From a virus, in IMG/VR virus record IMGVR_UViG_3300028925_012628: a DNA stretch of 53,698 nt; one strand, written 5' to 3'. Positions 9,886 through 19,470 of the stretch are shown in pieces (position 1 is the first letter of the stretch; the number at the start of each line of letters is the position of its first letter). The notes below the pieces were generated by a model that searched no databases, was not told the DNA's origin, and worked only from the letters and a program-made list of their open reading frames with translations. A program made the translations under genes and the position numbers.

Positions 9886-10116
9886 TTAAACCCTTTCCTT
9901 ACTTACGTTATGTTGCGGTAACTCTTTTTCTCTTCTGCTCATTGCCCGTATCTTGTTTTCTGCACGCTGGGCACTTCCAAACTCAGCATCACTATATTCT
10001 CCAGGATGTGCCAGAATATAACTACGCATTTCTGGCGGTGCCTTTCCTGCCATGCGTGCTAACTCAGTGCTCATTCCCCCAAGCGGGCGATTTGCTTGTG
10101 TGTAATCGTCTGGCAT
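9886..10116 (-). CDS. Hypothetical protein (76 aa)
   Basis: Track ORF in the structural operon; overlapping junction with the upstream gene at 10116. Confidence 0.5.
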   Translation of the reverse strand: MPDDYTQANRPLGGMSTELARMAGKAPPEMRSYILAHPGEYSDAEFGSAQRAENKIRAMSRREKELPQHNVSKERV

Positions 10117-10655
10117 TATTTGAGATTCTCCTTGGAATGTTTCTTAACAACCTTGGCTCGGAGTTCCTTCATGGCCTTTTTGTTATGCTGAATAGCTGGG
10201 TCTTTGGCAACTGCCTCTTGCATGAACCTGCCAACCACGTCCTCTGCCATTCGTTTCTTTTTGAACTTCTGCTCTGGTGCTGTGTAGTTCACTGCCCCTT
10301 CAGAGCTAAATCCTTTTTCCTTACACACAGCCTTAACGTCATCCATCGTGGCCACCCATGCCATTTGATCATCGGGTTTACCTAATCCACCGATGTACTT
10401 CTTGCCCTGTGTGCTGACACCAGCTTTGTGTGCTTTTTCAAATAGAAGATCTCGGTTACCTGGGTTCATGTCACCTGCCCAATCATGCATGCCTTCCAAG
10501 AAAGCACGCTCCGTACCCTTGGTTCCTGCTGGAGACTGCAATGCTAACATGGCTGCAAATCCTGGGTTATTCCCTTTTACAATTAGATCCTCATAGAATG
10601 CTAATCGTGCAGGGCCTGCTAGTTCACATTGTTTTTTATATAATTCGTAAGACAT
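10116..10655 (-). CDS. Hypothetical virion-module protein (179 aa)
   Basis: Track ORF; 1-nt overlaps with both neighbours. Confidence 0.55.
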   Translation of the reverse strand: MSYELYKKQCELAGPARLAFYEDLIVKGNNPGFAAMLALQSPAGTKGTERAFLEGMHDWAGDMNPGNRDLLFEKAHKAGVSTQGKKYIGGLGKPDDQMAWVATMDDVKAVCKEKGFSSEGAVNYTAPEQKFKKKRMAEDVVGRFMQEAVAKDPAIQHNKKAMKELRAKVVKKHSKENLK

Positions 10656-12823
10656 TATTGCTCCTGGTTTTTAGCTCGCATAAATTGCAATTCCATTTGT
10701 TTCTTCTGCTTGTCTATCTCCAGCAGTTCTCGTTTGGATTGAACATCCAGCTGTTTGCCTTGGAGGTCCATCTGTTTGCCCTGCATATCTAACTGCTTAA
10801 GCTGCATCTCAAACTGTTGAGCTTGCTGTTCAGCCTGCTGTTGCACCTGTGCCTGTTGCTGTTCCTGCTGTTGTTGTTGTTGCATCTGTTGCTGTTGCTG
10901 CTGCTGAGCTTCATCCGGCTGCTGCTTAGCTTTTTCCTTCTCAACATCAATCATGTATCGAGCAGGATCTAAATCATTTGCTTTTGCCCAGTCTTCAATC
11001 AAAGCATTGTACGGACCTGTCATACCCATACCTGCAAACTGTTGCAACTGAGGCATAGCAATCTGAGCAAACTCATTGAGCTGCCGTACACGGTTAACCT
11101 TATTAGGCTTACGTGCTGAGCCAGCTTCTACACGATAATCAAAGTCACGAACAACTCTCTCGAATCGCTGTGTTTTGATTTGCTTCGTCCAAATAATAGA
11201 AGCGGTGCTACCGAGGACAGGACCGACATCGTCTGCTGTGAGAGCCCATTCAGCGGCTTCCATCTCCTTCATCAGGCATTCGCTTAACCAATCCTCGACT
11301 TGGCTGCTCATGTCGTCGGGACGTATGGAAACATTCTGATTCCGAATCTCTGCCTCGGATGCACTCCTAATTTGTGTAGGTCCTGATAGACCGTACATTA
11401 ATTCTGTGAGTCCAGTCCGTTTATCAATTAGCTCTAGAACCTGTGCTACCATGTTCCAGATGTCTACATTGAATTGAGGGGCATCGAGAAACGTGATTAC
11501 GTCCTTAATGCTCTTGCCAAACAAATCACTCAATTCAATATGAGTGTACGGTCCTAGCCCTGATTTGACTTGGTCTTGTATCTCAGCTCCAGCTGCTTTA
11601 GCAATAGCCACATACGTTGTGCTAGATGCTGCAACCTTGTCTGCTAAGAATGACATACACCAATTAACAAATCGGAGCTCACCGATTGCTGGCTTGATTA
11701 AAGAGATTGGCCATACTTCCTTCGGCTTGTTATGGAAGTGTAACCGTGAAAAGGGCCATCCGCCATCTGTCCAATATGGAATAGGCCATTGAACCTGCAT
11801 GAATGCTTCATCAAATGTCTTTGTTTCCATGTCAGTGGAAGTAAAGTTTAAAGGATAAGGAACATCTGCACACACAGCCAGGTAACAGAAGTCGCCAAAC
11901 TGCTCCCATTCATATGTACTGCTCTTCCCTTGATTCCCTTTGAGTTTTAGCTTGTCACCAAAACCACACTTAGAATAGACTTCCCAGTATTCGACAAGGT
12001 CATGGGTCTTACCTTTTCGTTTTTCTTCTGATGACTGACTTCGTCCACCTGCATAGGTTTCACCCTGTGAACTAAGTGAGTCAAAGTTGCCAATTAGCTG
12101 TCCTTGAAGGTCAAACTTTTTGTCTACCTTCCAAACAGCATGAACACGCCGACGAGCCACCCATGTAATGTCTTCCCAGTATTCTGCATCTGGATCAATC
12201 ACTAAGTCATCAACAGAACCATAAGTACTCAAAGGGTGCTTTATCGATGAACCGTCTGGCTGATGCAAGTCTGTCCACAATAAGGACATCCCTTTTATGA
12301 TCGCCTCAGTAACAGCTCTACGACACTGCACCTTCTTATTGGTTTCTTGTTGAAGCCAGTTTAGATAATGACTTTTGACGTTAGAATGAGTTCTCTTTAT
12401 TTCAGAGATAGTCTCCTTCTGTTCCTGATACTTCTCCAAATAAGGAGCTAGCATAGGGTCGTCTTCATCAATACCAAGAGCTTGAGGGGCAATATCCGGC
12501 TCCATGCGAGGAGTAACTTGTACTGTCGGGTTACGATGGTACAACACAGGGCCGAATAATGCCACTGCCTCAAACACTCGATTCACTGTCATTCGGAAAT
12601 TAGGCATTGCTCCTTGAGCATTCTTATCTAAGAATCCCCCGTCGGCTTTTGCATACTCGCCCTTCCACATCCAATCATGAGAGCCATCATAGAATCGCAT
12701 AGCTTCGTCAGCGTACTGACCAAACTTCTCCTGCTTAACCTTTTTGGCATCTTTGATCTTTTGCATCCATTGTTTGCAAATAGATGACATCGGGTGAGAT
12801 GCATTATCCGTCGTATCGAGCAT
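10655..12823 (-). CDS. Portal protein candidate with a poly-Q coiled C-terminus
   Basis: Track ORF, 722 aa, downstream of the large terminase with one small gene between. Size is typical of portals. The C-terminus is QQQQQQMQQQQQQEQQQAQVQQQAEQQAQQ. No motif-level proof. Confidence 0.6.
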   Translation of the reverse strand: MLDTTDNASHPMSSICKQWMQKIKDAKKVKQEKFGQYADEAMRFYDGSHDWMWKGEYAKADGGFLDKNAQGAMPNFRMTVNRVFEAVALFGPVLYHRNPTVQVTPRMEPDIAPQALGIDEDDPMLAPYLEKYQEQKETISEIKRTHSNVKSHYLNWLQQETNKKVQCRRAVTEAIIKGMSLLWTDLHQPDGSSIKHPLSTYGSVDDLVIDPDAEYWEDITWVARRRVHAVWKVDKKFDLQGQLIGNFDSLSSQGETYAGGRSQSSEEKRKGKTHDLVEYWEVYSKCGFGDKLKLKGNQGKSSTYEWEQFGDFCYLAVCADVPYPLNFTSTDMETKTFDEAFMQVQWPIPYWTDGGWPFSRLHFHNKPKEVWPISLIKPAIGELRFVNWCMSFLADKVAASSTTYVAIAKAAGAEIQDQVKSGLGPYTHIELSDLFGKSIKDVITFLDAPQFNVDIWNMVAQVLELIDKRTGLTELMYGLSGPTQIRSASEAEIRNQNVSIRPDDMSSQVEDWLSECLMKEMEAAEWALTADDVGPVLGSTASIIWTKQIKTQRFERVVRDFDYRVEAGSARKPNKVNRVRQLNEFAQIAMPQLQQFAGMGMTGPYNALIEDWAKANDLDPARYMIDVEKEKAKQQPDEAQQQQQQQMQQQQQQEQQQAQVQQQAEQQAQQFEMQLKQLDMQGKQMDLQGKQLDVQSKRELLEIDKQKKQMELQFMRAKNQEQ

Positions 12824-12836
12824 TGCCTATTACCTT

Positions 12837-13322
12837 TTAACTTAGTGCTGCAACTTTTTCTTCTAGCCATTGTCGCTTAGGATTGCCTTTGAACTCAATA
12901 CCTAGTTCCAATGCCTGATCACGTAGGCTCTTATACTTCACTTCTTGAGGCTTAGTAGCTGTTTTTTCTACTTTTTCCTCAATCGGCTTGCCAACGCCCA
13001 TTACATCTTCAATTCGGCTAAGACGCTCATCTAGAGTCGCAGCGGCCAATTTGGTCTCTTTGTGGTACTCCGTGAAATCCCACGCACCGTTTTCACGATG
13101 GTCTGAGTTAATCTTTAGTTTAGGGTCATCTATGTGTCTTACCGACTCATAGTAACCACCGCCTGCGGCACGAAGCACTAAGTTTCGACCTGATCGTGAC
13201 ATACGCACGACAAAGCCTATCCGTGGCTCCGTACCCTCTACCATTCCAGTTGCATAGAAGGTTACCGGTGTTCCGATAACTACTTCTGGCATTTGGAAAT
13301 CTTCTGCATTGGATACAGTCAT
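12837..13322 (-). CDS. Hypothetical protein with a C-terminal HeH/SAP-like motif
   Basis: Track ORF, 161 aa. KSLRDQALELGIEFKGNPKRQWLEEKV resembles HeH/SAP DNA-binding helices. Confidence 0.5.
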   Translation of the reverse strand: MTVSNAEDFQMPEVVIGTPVTFYATGMVEGTEPRIGFVVRMSRSGRNLVLRAAGGGYYESVRHIDDPKLKINSDHRENGAWDFTEYHKETKLAAATLDERLSRIEDVMGVGKPIEEKVEKTATKPQEVKYKSLRDQALELGIEFKGNPKRQWLEEKVAALS

Positions 13323-13324
13323 TT

Positions 13325-15058
13325 CTAATCTCCCGAAGGACCAAGGTTGATATAAGAGTGGAACTGACCACTCTCTACTCTTTTGTTAATGCTCCTTTGT
13401 TGAGACCGAGCATTTCTGTCTTTTATTATTCTACCAGCAACTGATAATTTTTTAATCCCATTCTCAGGTTTTACGTAATGTAATCCATGAGCTGCTGCGT
13501 ATTCACAAGTTTCAATTGCATGACAATTGCCCCTGCGATTCCCATCGTCTGTAACAAATCCGTTGACGATCTTCTTCTTAAACCTGAAGAATTCCCTGAT
13601 TAGGTTAGGACACCTTTGCAGAGTTACCATCATCTTAGTTGTTCCGTCTTGTCTAACGCTAAGCCAGTCTCGTAACTTCATCTCTCTTCCAGCAATGTCA
13701 TCGCTACCGGAACGAAAATTAGACCCTGTTTCTACGCTTCGAACACCATGTTTTTCAAGCTGTAACGTATATTGTCGCCTAGGAAGGACACCACTTCCAA
13801 TCTCCCTAATTCTACCGCCATGAGCGTCAATGATAAATGACTGGAATGTATCCCCGCCAACCTTATGTGCCACTGCTGCACCAAACTTTTCTGCCGTACA
13901 CTGTTGCAGATATAGCTCGTCATATGCAATTACATGTTCGCCCAAACCAGGTGGAGTTACTGCCCAAAATGTAACAGCACAGACACTATGACCTGGATCA
14001 ACAACCATGTATCTTGCCCAGTTTGGAGGAGGATTTCCATCATTCTCCGCAAGTATCTTCTGTACTGCATTTCGTGGTTCTTCGAATCTAACGGACCCAT
14101 GTAAATCTTTGGAGAACGTAGGATACATCAAAACGCTGTCCGTGACCATCTCACCTAAAGCACGCTTGCGATACTCGTCATCTCCCTTAGCTTTCCACCT
14201 CTTTATGTTCTCTTGCTTGACCTGCTCCGGCATGAATGGGTTGTCAAATATCGTAGCCCTTATGACCATAGTCGAGGGATTAGCCATGTTCTTTTCATCT
14301 TCAGCACGCTCGGTTAGATTAATCAGTGCATCGTTCTTTGCGTGGGGCAGGGCGGACCATCGTAGCTTCCCATCTCTCATTGATAGCCTAGCTATCATCT
14401 CGTCATACCATTCTGGCTTTTCAAGATCTTCATCAATATGGACTAGGTCTGCTTGAAATCCCTGTGCAGGATCACCCTTAGAACCCATCGCATATATTAT
14501 CCAGCCATTGATGAGTTCGCAAATCTCGAACACATGTTGAGCACGCTTTTTCCAAGCAAACTTCTTGATGAACCGCTCTGGGATCAATGGAGGTGCTGGC
14601 TGAGTCTGTTCTTTTCTAGCCCAGTCATCTTTGTCCCAAGGCTTCCATGAACGCCAATGTCCTGTTTTCTCATCCTTGATGATCTTAAAGGCACCAGAAC
14701 GGAACAGATACTTATGTATTGTTCGTCCAATGTGGCCTTCATCCATACCTAAGCAAACTAGTACACCATTTTCCTTGGGGTACTTATTGTATGGGTCTTG
14801 GCCAGTGACCGCTCGAGCATCCTCTGCAAATGCAACGAGTGATTTACCTACTTGGTTTCCAGCCTGTATAAGGACTTCCTTCGAGTTTGACTGGTGGAAC
14901 CTCTCCTGAAATGGCAGGGGTTCGTATAGACGAAGAGCCTCTGAGCGACGCTTGGACCTTTCGGCTACAAGCTCACGCATCTCCTTGATTTCATGGTCAG
15001 TTGCATGTTCGTTGTATACGGATGGAACTGACTTTGGTTCAGTTGGAAGCTCTGACAT
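13325..15058 (-). CDS. terL: Terminase large subunit
   Basis: Track ORF, 577 aa. Walker A-like QAGNQVGKS and Walker B-like DLVHIDED. The C-terminal half has VVDPGHS and IIDAHGG acidic nuclease-type motifs. Confidence 0.8.
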   Translation of the reverse strand: MSELPTEPKSVPSVYNEHATDHEIKEMRELVAERSKRRSEALRLYEPLPFQERFHQSNSKEVLIQAGNQVGKSLVAFAEDARAVTGQDPYNKYPKENGVLVCLGMDEGHIGRTIHKYLFRSGAFKIIKDEKTGHWRSWKPWDKDDWARKEQTQPAPPLIPERFIKKFAWKKRAQHVFEICELINGWIIYAMGSKGDPAQGFQADLVHIDEDLEKPEWYDEMIARLSMRDGKLRWSALPHAKNDALINLTERAEDEKNMANPSTMVIRATIFDNPFMPEQVKQENIKRWKAKGDDEYRKRALGEMVTDSVLMYPTFSKDLHGSVRFEEPRNAVQKILAENDGNPPPNWARYMVVDPGHSVCAVTFWAVTPPGLGEHVIAYDELYLQQCTAEKFGAAVAHKVGGDTFQSFIIDAHGGRIREIGSGVLPRRQYTLQLEKHGVRSVETGSNFRSGSDDIAGREMKLRDWLSVRQDGTTKMMVTLQRCPNLIREFFRFKKKIVNGFVTDDGNRRGNCHAIETCEYAAAHGLHYVKPENGIKKLSVAGRIIKDRNARSQQRSINKRVESGQFHSYINLGPSGD

Positions 15059-15560
15059 CTTCCTCCCTAGGATCTATTAGCAATATAGTTCTAGCTGTTC
15101 GTGCAATCTCTAGGTCTAGTTCCTCATCGGTAATTTCTTCTAGACTCTTCTTGGCTGCACCAGACTTAGATACCTCAACATTCAGTTTGAGCATATCGCC
15201 TAGTATACGTGTCCGCCCTGCACTGCCTGGGGTAGTGGATAGGTAGTTAGCCATGTAGTGCTGAGCAAATCCCATAGAGCCGCCGAATACTTCCAACAGA
15301 CGCTGGTAAGTCTCTGCCATATGTGGAATCTTACTTCCACCCTGTAATAGATTGCTTATTAGGTTAGCACCTTCTTCATCAAGTTTCTTGATGCGGCTAT
15401 CAATAACCTTATTGTCTTTGTCCCTGCTTGCTTTATTTCTACAGTCTTTGCAAGTGGATTTGAAACCATCGGGCTTAGTAGCGTCACGATGGTAGTTCTC
15501 TGCTGTTAGGGTCATCTCCCGAAAGCACTGGTCACATTCTCTGATCTGTTCTTCAGGCAC
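15039..15560 (-). CDS. Terminase small subunit candidate (N-terminal CxxC...CxxC zinc ribbon)
   Basis: Track ORF, 173 aa, GTG start preceded by AAGGA. It overlaps terL by 20 nt. Assigned by position. Confidence 0.4.
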   Translation of the reverse strand: MPEEQIRECDQCFREMTLTAENYHRDATKPDGFKSTCKDCRNKASRDKDNKVIDSRIKKLDEEGANLISNLLQGGSKIPHMAETYQRLLEVFGGSMGFAQHYMANYLSTTPGSAGRTRILGDMLKLNVEVSKSGAAKKSLEEITDEELDLEIARTARTILLIDPREEDVRASN

Positions 15561-15576
15561 GAATCCATCCTTTCTG

Positions 15577-15610
15577 AAAAAAAGTTCCCCTAGGCCCGAA
15601 GACCTAGAGG
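15577..15610 (-). terminator. Rho-independent terminator downstream of the capsid/decoration genes
   Basis: Minus strand reads CCTCTAGG-TCTTCGGG-CCTAGGGG: an 8-bp stem with one G-U pair and a UUCG-containing loop. This is followed by AAC and then TTTTTTT. Confidence 0.65.
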
Positions 15611-15676
15611 AACACCCAAGACCCTTATACGACTCAGAAAACTGAGAAGTACTCGGTTGGCTGCTAGGTGAGTAAA

Positions 15677-16270
15677 CTAAATGTTTACTGCAACCTGAAT
15701 TAACCCAGTGTCCCCGCTTGTCGTGCCTTCGGCAACCAAAGCGCGTCCAATGATGTTAACAGCAGCGACCATGCCAATAGTAGCTGAACCAGCGACGGCT
15801 TCAATAACAGCACCAGCGGTTGCACTTGTTATTAACAAGTCACCGATAGCAATGGTTTCGCCATCTTTGTACAGCACTTCAGCTGGACCACCAACTACTA
15901 GCCAGAACAAATCGTTCGAAGCAACACTGGTAGTCAGCTCATTATCGCCAACACCGCCGAATTGGTTAACAGCACTGCCTTGACCATCAACGCTACCAAG
16001 TAGCTTTCGTCCGGTGGTTGCACCAGGCGTGAGGTCAAATTTCAGTACTTTCTTTGCTACCACGAGTGCGCCACCGCTAGTATTGCGGACACACACTGCA
16101 CGGATTGCAGCACCACTTCGTCGAGTTCGTGACCCGCGTGGACCGACTGAGCGGTCTACGTCTGGAAACGAGAAAATTGCACCTTCCCAATGGGTATTGG
16201 TAAGGTTACTGTCATCGTCAGTCCCTGATAGGGTTTCCCCTAAGTCAAAAGGAGGATCTACATGAATCAT
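15677..16270 (-). CDS. Capsid decoration/cement protein candidate (DUF2190-like C-terminus)
   Basis: Track ORF, 197 aa, immediately downstream of the capsid candidate. GDLLITSATAGAVIEAV...IGRALVAEGTTSGDTGLIQVAVN resembles decoration-protein beta barrels. Confidence 0.4.
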   Translation of the reverse strand: MIHVDPPFDLGETLSGTDDDSNLTNTHWEGAIFSFPDVDRSVGPRGSRTRRSGAAIRAVCVRNTSGGALVVAKKVLKFDLTPGATTGRKLLGSVDGQGSAVNQFGGVGDNELTTSVASNDLFWLVVGGPAEVLYKDGETIAIGDLLITSATAGAVIEAVAGSATIGMVAAVNIIGRALVAEGTTSGDTGLIQVAVNI

Positions 16271-16295
16271 CTTTTTATTCCTTTCGTAAAAGAGA

Positions 16296-17426
16296 CTATG
16301 CTAATGCCGCTAGTTTGAAGAAGTTCCGTGGGGAACTAAACTTCAAGTTAGACAGCGTTGATACAACAGCATTAAACGATTGCGAATGGATGTCGTACTC
16401 AGGACCTTCACTACGTAGTAGCGAACTGTCCATGGACTTCAATTCCATGCATTCGTAATTAACACCATAACCAACACCAGCAGGAACAGCAGCTTCCCAT
16501 GAAACTTCAATACCATCAAAGTTGAGGACATTCTTGAAGCCAAGTGCCCGTAAGCTATGCTCACTGGAAATTTGGATTCGTTCTTTGTCATCAACTAGGT
16601 TTAGAAGATCCATGTATAACGAACGATCTAGGAAGATGTTCGTAATCTGGCCGTCTTTGCTAGTGTTACGTTGGGCGTGAATAATAGCATAACGCATTGC
16701 TTCGTCGCCCTGTTTAGCAAACGTATCAGCCGAACCACCAAAGGCAGTTGACGTATAGTTCACAACTAGAGGACTCCAGAAATCAAATTCTGGGTCAGCA
16801 ATTCCGTTTGGCCAATATAGCCCACTTTCATTTTCTCCGCCGTAGTTACCAAGAGCAGTACTGATTCCGGCATAGGTATCATTAGGATAACCTACTTGGT
16901 CAGCTGCTGTGGCTGAACGTTGAGCACCAGTAGCGATGTTCAAAGTACCATTAACAGAGAACAAGGATTCGATACCATGCCAAGAGGATTCATTGCCAGA
17001 GGCAGAACCATCAACATAGTACTCGCTTCCAAGTACTTGAGTAATAGACGTTTCTAGACGTTCGACAAAGTTTTCAAATACTTTGACTACGCCTTCCGGT
17101 CCCTTGTTACTACGGAATTCACGATAGTACATAGAATCTGTAGCTTGGTAGCCACGATATTCCATGTTCGCTGTTTTCCACAAATTGCGGCGAGTAAAGT
17201 TTCGCTGCGTTTCTCCGGTGTTACCTTCTACGTTATGTAGTCGATACTGTACAGGCCAGTCGAAGCCCTCACCAGAGTTATTGTAATTCACACGACCAGC
17301 GGCTTCTAGGAGCGCACCCATCTGATAGTTTCGGAGCATTACCTCTTCAACTTCACGGATGTGCTTCGCCAGAGTTGTTGCAGCTGTTCGGGAGAATGCG
17401 ACTGGGTTAAAGCCTTTATATGCCAC
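16296..17426 (-). CDS. Major capsid protein candidate
   Basis: Track ORF, 376 aa, GTG start after AAAGGG. It lies between the scaffold-like and decoration-like genes and is followed by a strong terminator. Assigned by size, position and composition only. Confidence 0.55.
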   Translation of the reverse strand: MAYKGFNPVAFSRTAATTLAKHIREVEEVMLRNYQMGALLEAAGRVNYNNSGEGFDWPVQYRLHNVEGNTGETQRNFTRRNLWKTANMEYRGYQATDSMYYREFRSNKGPEGVVKVFENFVERLETSITQVLGSEYYVDGSASGNESSWHGIESLFSVNGTLNIATGAQRSATAADQVGYPNDTYAGISTALGNYGGENESGLYWPNGIADPEFDFWSPLVVNYTSTAFGGSADTFAKQGDEAMRYAIIHAQRNTSKDGQITNIFLDRSLYMDLLNLVDDKERIQISSEHSLRALGFKNVLNFDGIEVSWEAAVPAGVGYGVNYECMELKSMDSSLLRSEGPEYDIHSQSFNAVVSTLSNLKFSSPRNFFKLAALA

Positions 17427-17450
17427 TTTAAAACCCTTTCATAAAAAACC

Positions 17451-18662
17451 CTAAAACAAACCGTCCGTCAACGCTTGTTGACGTAACTTATCACCCGCAC
17501 GTAAATGCGAGTTCTGACTAAAGGGGCTTGAGTTTGACCCAGATGGAACACTTCCTCCAGCAGATGGTATATGAGTCGCTTGTCGAAGAGTGTCTCCGAC
17601 CATCGGCTGCTGCACCTGTTGTTGAACTTGCCCTACCTGCTGCTGCTGAACTTGGGGCTCAGCATAAGCCTGCTGCTGCTGTTGCGGCGGCTGACTAGTA
17701 GAAATATCCCCTGAGTACATCCGTGTAGCTAGGTCCCATAACGTGGATGGATCGTCAATTCCCATACCACGAAAATAGTTAACATACTTTGTAACAGCTT
17801 GGCCCTGTGGTGATAATACCAATTGTCCCGAGTTGTCACGAAGTGGTTGGTTGTCTACCGGATTGGTTTGATACAACCAATCCGAGTTGCGATCAGTGAT
17901 GTCCTGTACAACACTCTCTTGTTCCGTCTCTTGATGCTGATTTTGCTGGTAAGCAATCATTGAACTGTAGCGGTCAGCAAAGAGCTTATCAAATTCCTGC
18001 TCAATGATATTGGGCAGTACTGACTGTGGGTTCCTGATGATGTTAGTCGCCCACTCTTCTAAATAGCCGACGTGCTTCTCAGCACCCTGGATTACCTCTG
18101 CTGGTGTTCCCTCTTTCCAGTCGGTGTAAATTTCACCAGTCTCTGGGTGAACCTTGTTCTCCCTGTGCTGTTCTAATTGTTCTAAAGTAGTACCTGGAGG
18201 ATTCCACCAATGTGCAACTCCAGTGATATCTTGTACTGCTCCAGCGGGTTCTTTTGGCTGAGCCTGCTGTTGTTGTTGGTACTGCTGTTGTTGCTGGTAC
18301 TGCTGTTGCTGTTGATACTGTTGCTGTTGTTGATACTGTTGGTACTGCTGTTGTTGCTGCAACTGCTGTTGCTGTTGGGTTTCAGCCTGCTGCTGTCCGT
18401 ACTGTGACCATTGATTATTGGCATCTTGCAACTGCTGGTAATGCTCTAACAACCTATAGCGTGCATCGGAGTCATCGGCTACATCACTGAACCCTAACTC
18501 GGAAACCTGCTGGGCAAGAGTGGGGCCCTCAGAGTATGTTTCCTGAGCTGCCTCTACCGGTACTTCGGGAGACATATCATTGAACCCAGAATTATCTATC
18601 CCGGAGTCTTCTATTGTTTCGTTTTCTGACACTTCCATGTCTTCACTGATATCAGTTGCCAT
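17451..18662 (-). CDS. Scaffolding-like poly-Q/Y protein
   Basis: Track ORF, 403 aa, acidic N-terminus, (QQQQY)n tract, immediately upstream of the capsid candidate. Confidence 0.4.
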   Translation of the reverse strand: MATDISEDMEVSENETIEDSGIDNSGFNDMSPEVPVEAAQETYSEGPTLAQQVSELGFSDVADDSDARYRLLEHYQQLQDANNQWSQYGQQQAETQQQQQLQQQQQYQQYQQQQQYQQQQQYQQQQQYQQQQQAQPKEPAGAVQDITGVAHWWNPPGTTLEQLEQHRENKVHPETGEIYTDWKEGTPAEVIQGAEKHVGYLEEWATNIIRNPQSVLPNIIEQEFDKLFADRYSSMIAYQQNQHQETEQESVVQDITDRNSDWLYQTNPVDNQPLRDNSGQLVLSPQGQAVTKYVNYFRGMGIDDPSTLWDLATRMYSGDISTSQPPQQQQQAYAEPQVQQQQVGQVQQQVQQPMVGDTLRQATHIPSAGGSVPSGSNSSPFSQNSHLRAGDKLRQQALTDGLF

Positions 18663-18725
18663 TGCTGGTTCCTTAAGTCTGGGGTTAGTTACATTCCATG
18701 TATGCGAAATCCATTTCCGCCTACC

Positions 18726-18902
18726 CTATTTGTTCTTCGGCTTGCTCCACCAAAACAGTATATGCTTAATGAACTTGGGTAGTCCTGCTGGTTCGAAACC
18801 CATGCTTTTTAAAGTGTCTGCCACTAAAACATGAGCTTCCGCATCACGACTTCGGATCATGACTCGACGGCGGGTTTGGGGAATAATAAAACGCTTTTTC
18901 AT
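18726..18902 (-). CDS. Small hypothetical protein (58 aa), first gene of the late unit
   Basis: Hand-found ORF MKKRFIIPQTRRRVMIRSRDAEAHVLVADTLKSMGF..., below the track cutoff. A strong RBS (AAGGAG) lies 6 nt upstream of the ATG at 18902. Confidence 0.55.
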   Translation of the reverse strand: MKKRFIIPQTRRRVMIRSRDAEAHVLVADTLKSMGFEPAGLPKFIKHILFWWSKPKNK

Positions 18903-18973
18903 TTTGCTCTCCTTATGTTGTTAATCCTACACAAAACATACCAGAAAAGGAAATAGTAGTTTTGCCAATCTAT

Positions 18974-19009
18974 AAAAAAAGAAGGGTCAGTAGAGGATAC
19001 TGACCCTTC
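18974..19009 (-). terminator. Rho-independent terminator separating the middle genes from the late structural operon
   Basis: Minus strand reads GAAGGGTCAGT-ATCCTCT-ACTGACCCTTC (perfect 11-bp stem) followed by TTTTTTT. Confidence 0.8.
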
Positions 19010-19085
19010 AGTTAACGACTTCCGGTGTGGTGGAAGAAGCCGTTGGAGGCTCTATTAATATACCGATAGCGTGAATTGTTGTCAA

Positions 19086-19277
19086 CTATTTTTCCATGCT
19101 CAAAACTTTTTTTCTTAATCTTTTTGCAACCTGACCTGCATCTCTCGAGTTAACCCCGCAAAATTCACCGAAGATTCTATCCTCATGGTCTTTATTGCAG
19201 CGTAATAGCTCTGTTGCTGACTCCATCGCTGCTAGTGCAAATCGTAGATCAGCTAGGTGTACTCTTGGATCTGCCAC
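19086..19277 (-). CDS. Hypothetical protein (63 aa, GTG start uncertain)
   Basis: Track ORF; the last gene before the terminator. Confidence 0.4.
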   Translation of the reverse strand: MADPRVHLADLRFALAAMESATELLRCNKDHEDRIFGEFCGVNSRDAGQVAKRLRKKVLSMEK

Positions 19278-19470
19278 GGTCGTTTGCCCCTATTGCTTTC
19301 TTTATGCAATTTCTAGTTGCCTCAACATGCCTCAATGCATTAGTAAAATCTTCTGCTGAATCGTGATTCAATCCTAGCAGTAGCATCCTCGTATCCTTAA
19401 CCATGCTAATAACAATGTCATTAGATTTAAGGATATTTTCCATTACTTTATTTATAGAGTCATCATTCAT
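19249..19470 (-). CDS. Hypothetical protein (73 aa)
   Basis: Track ORF; overlaps its neighbours in operon style. Confidence 0.45.
   Translation of the reverse strand: MNDDSINKVMENILKSNDIVISMVKDTRMLLLGLNHDSAEDFTNALRHVEATRNCIKKAIGANDRGRSKSTPS

Noticed and set aside
18210-18490. Leu-rich (18210..18407, plus) and Val/Ala/Thr-rich (18254..18490, plus) ORFs, and the 80-aa minus ORF 18182..18424.
   Set aside because: These are alternative-frame readings of the CAG/CTG poly-Q repeat in the scaffold-like gene, not independent genes.
18781-18800. The GGTTCGAAACC string resembles a tRNA T-arm.
   Set aside because: The flanking bases do not form a T-stem or a cloverleaf, and the site lies inside a small RBS-supported CDS. 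I saw no tRNA elsewhere.
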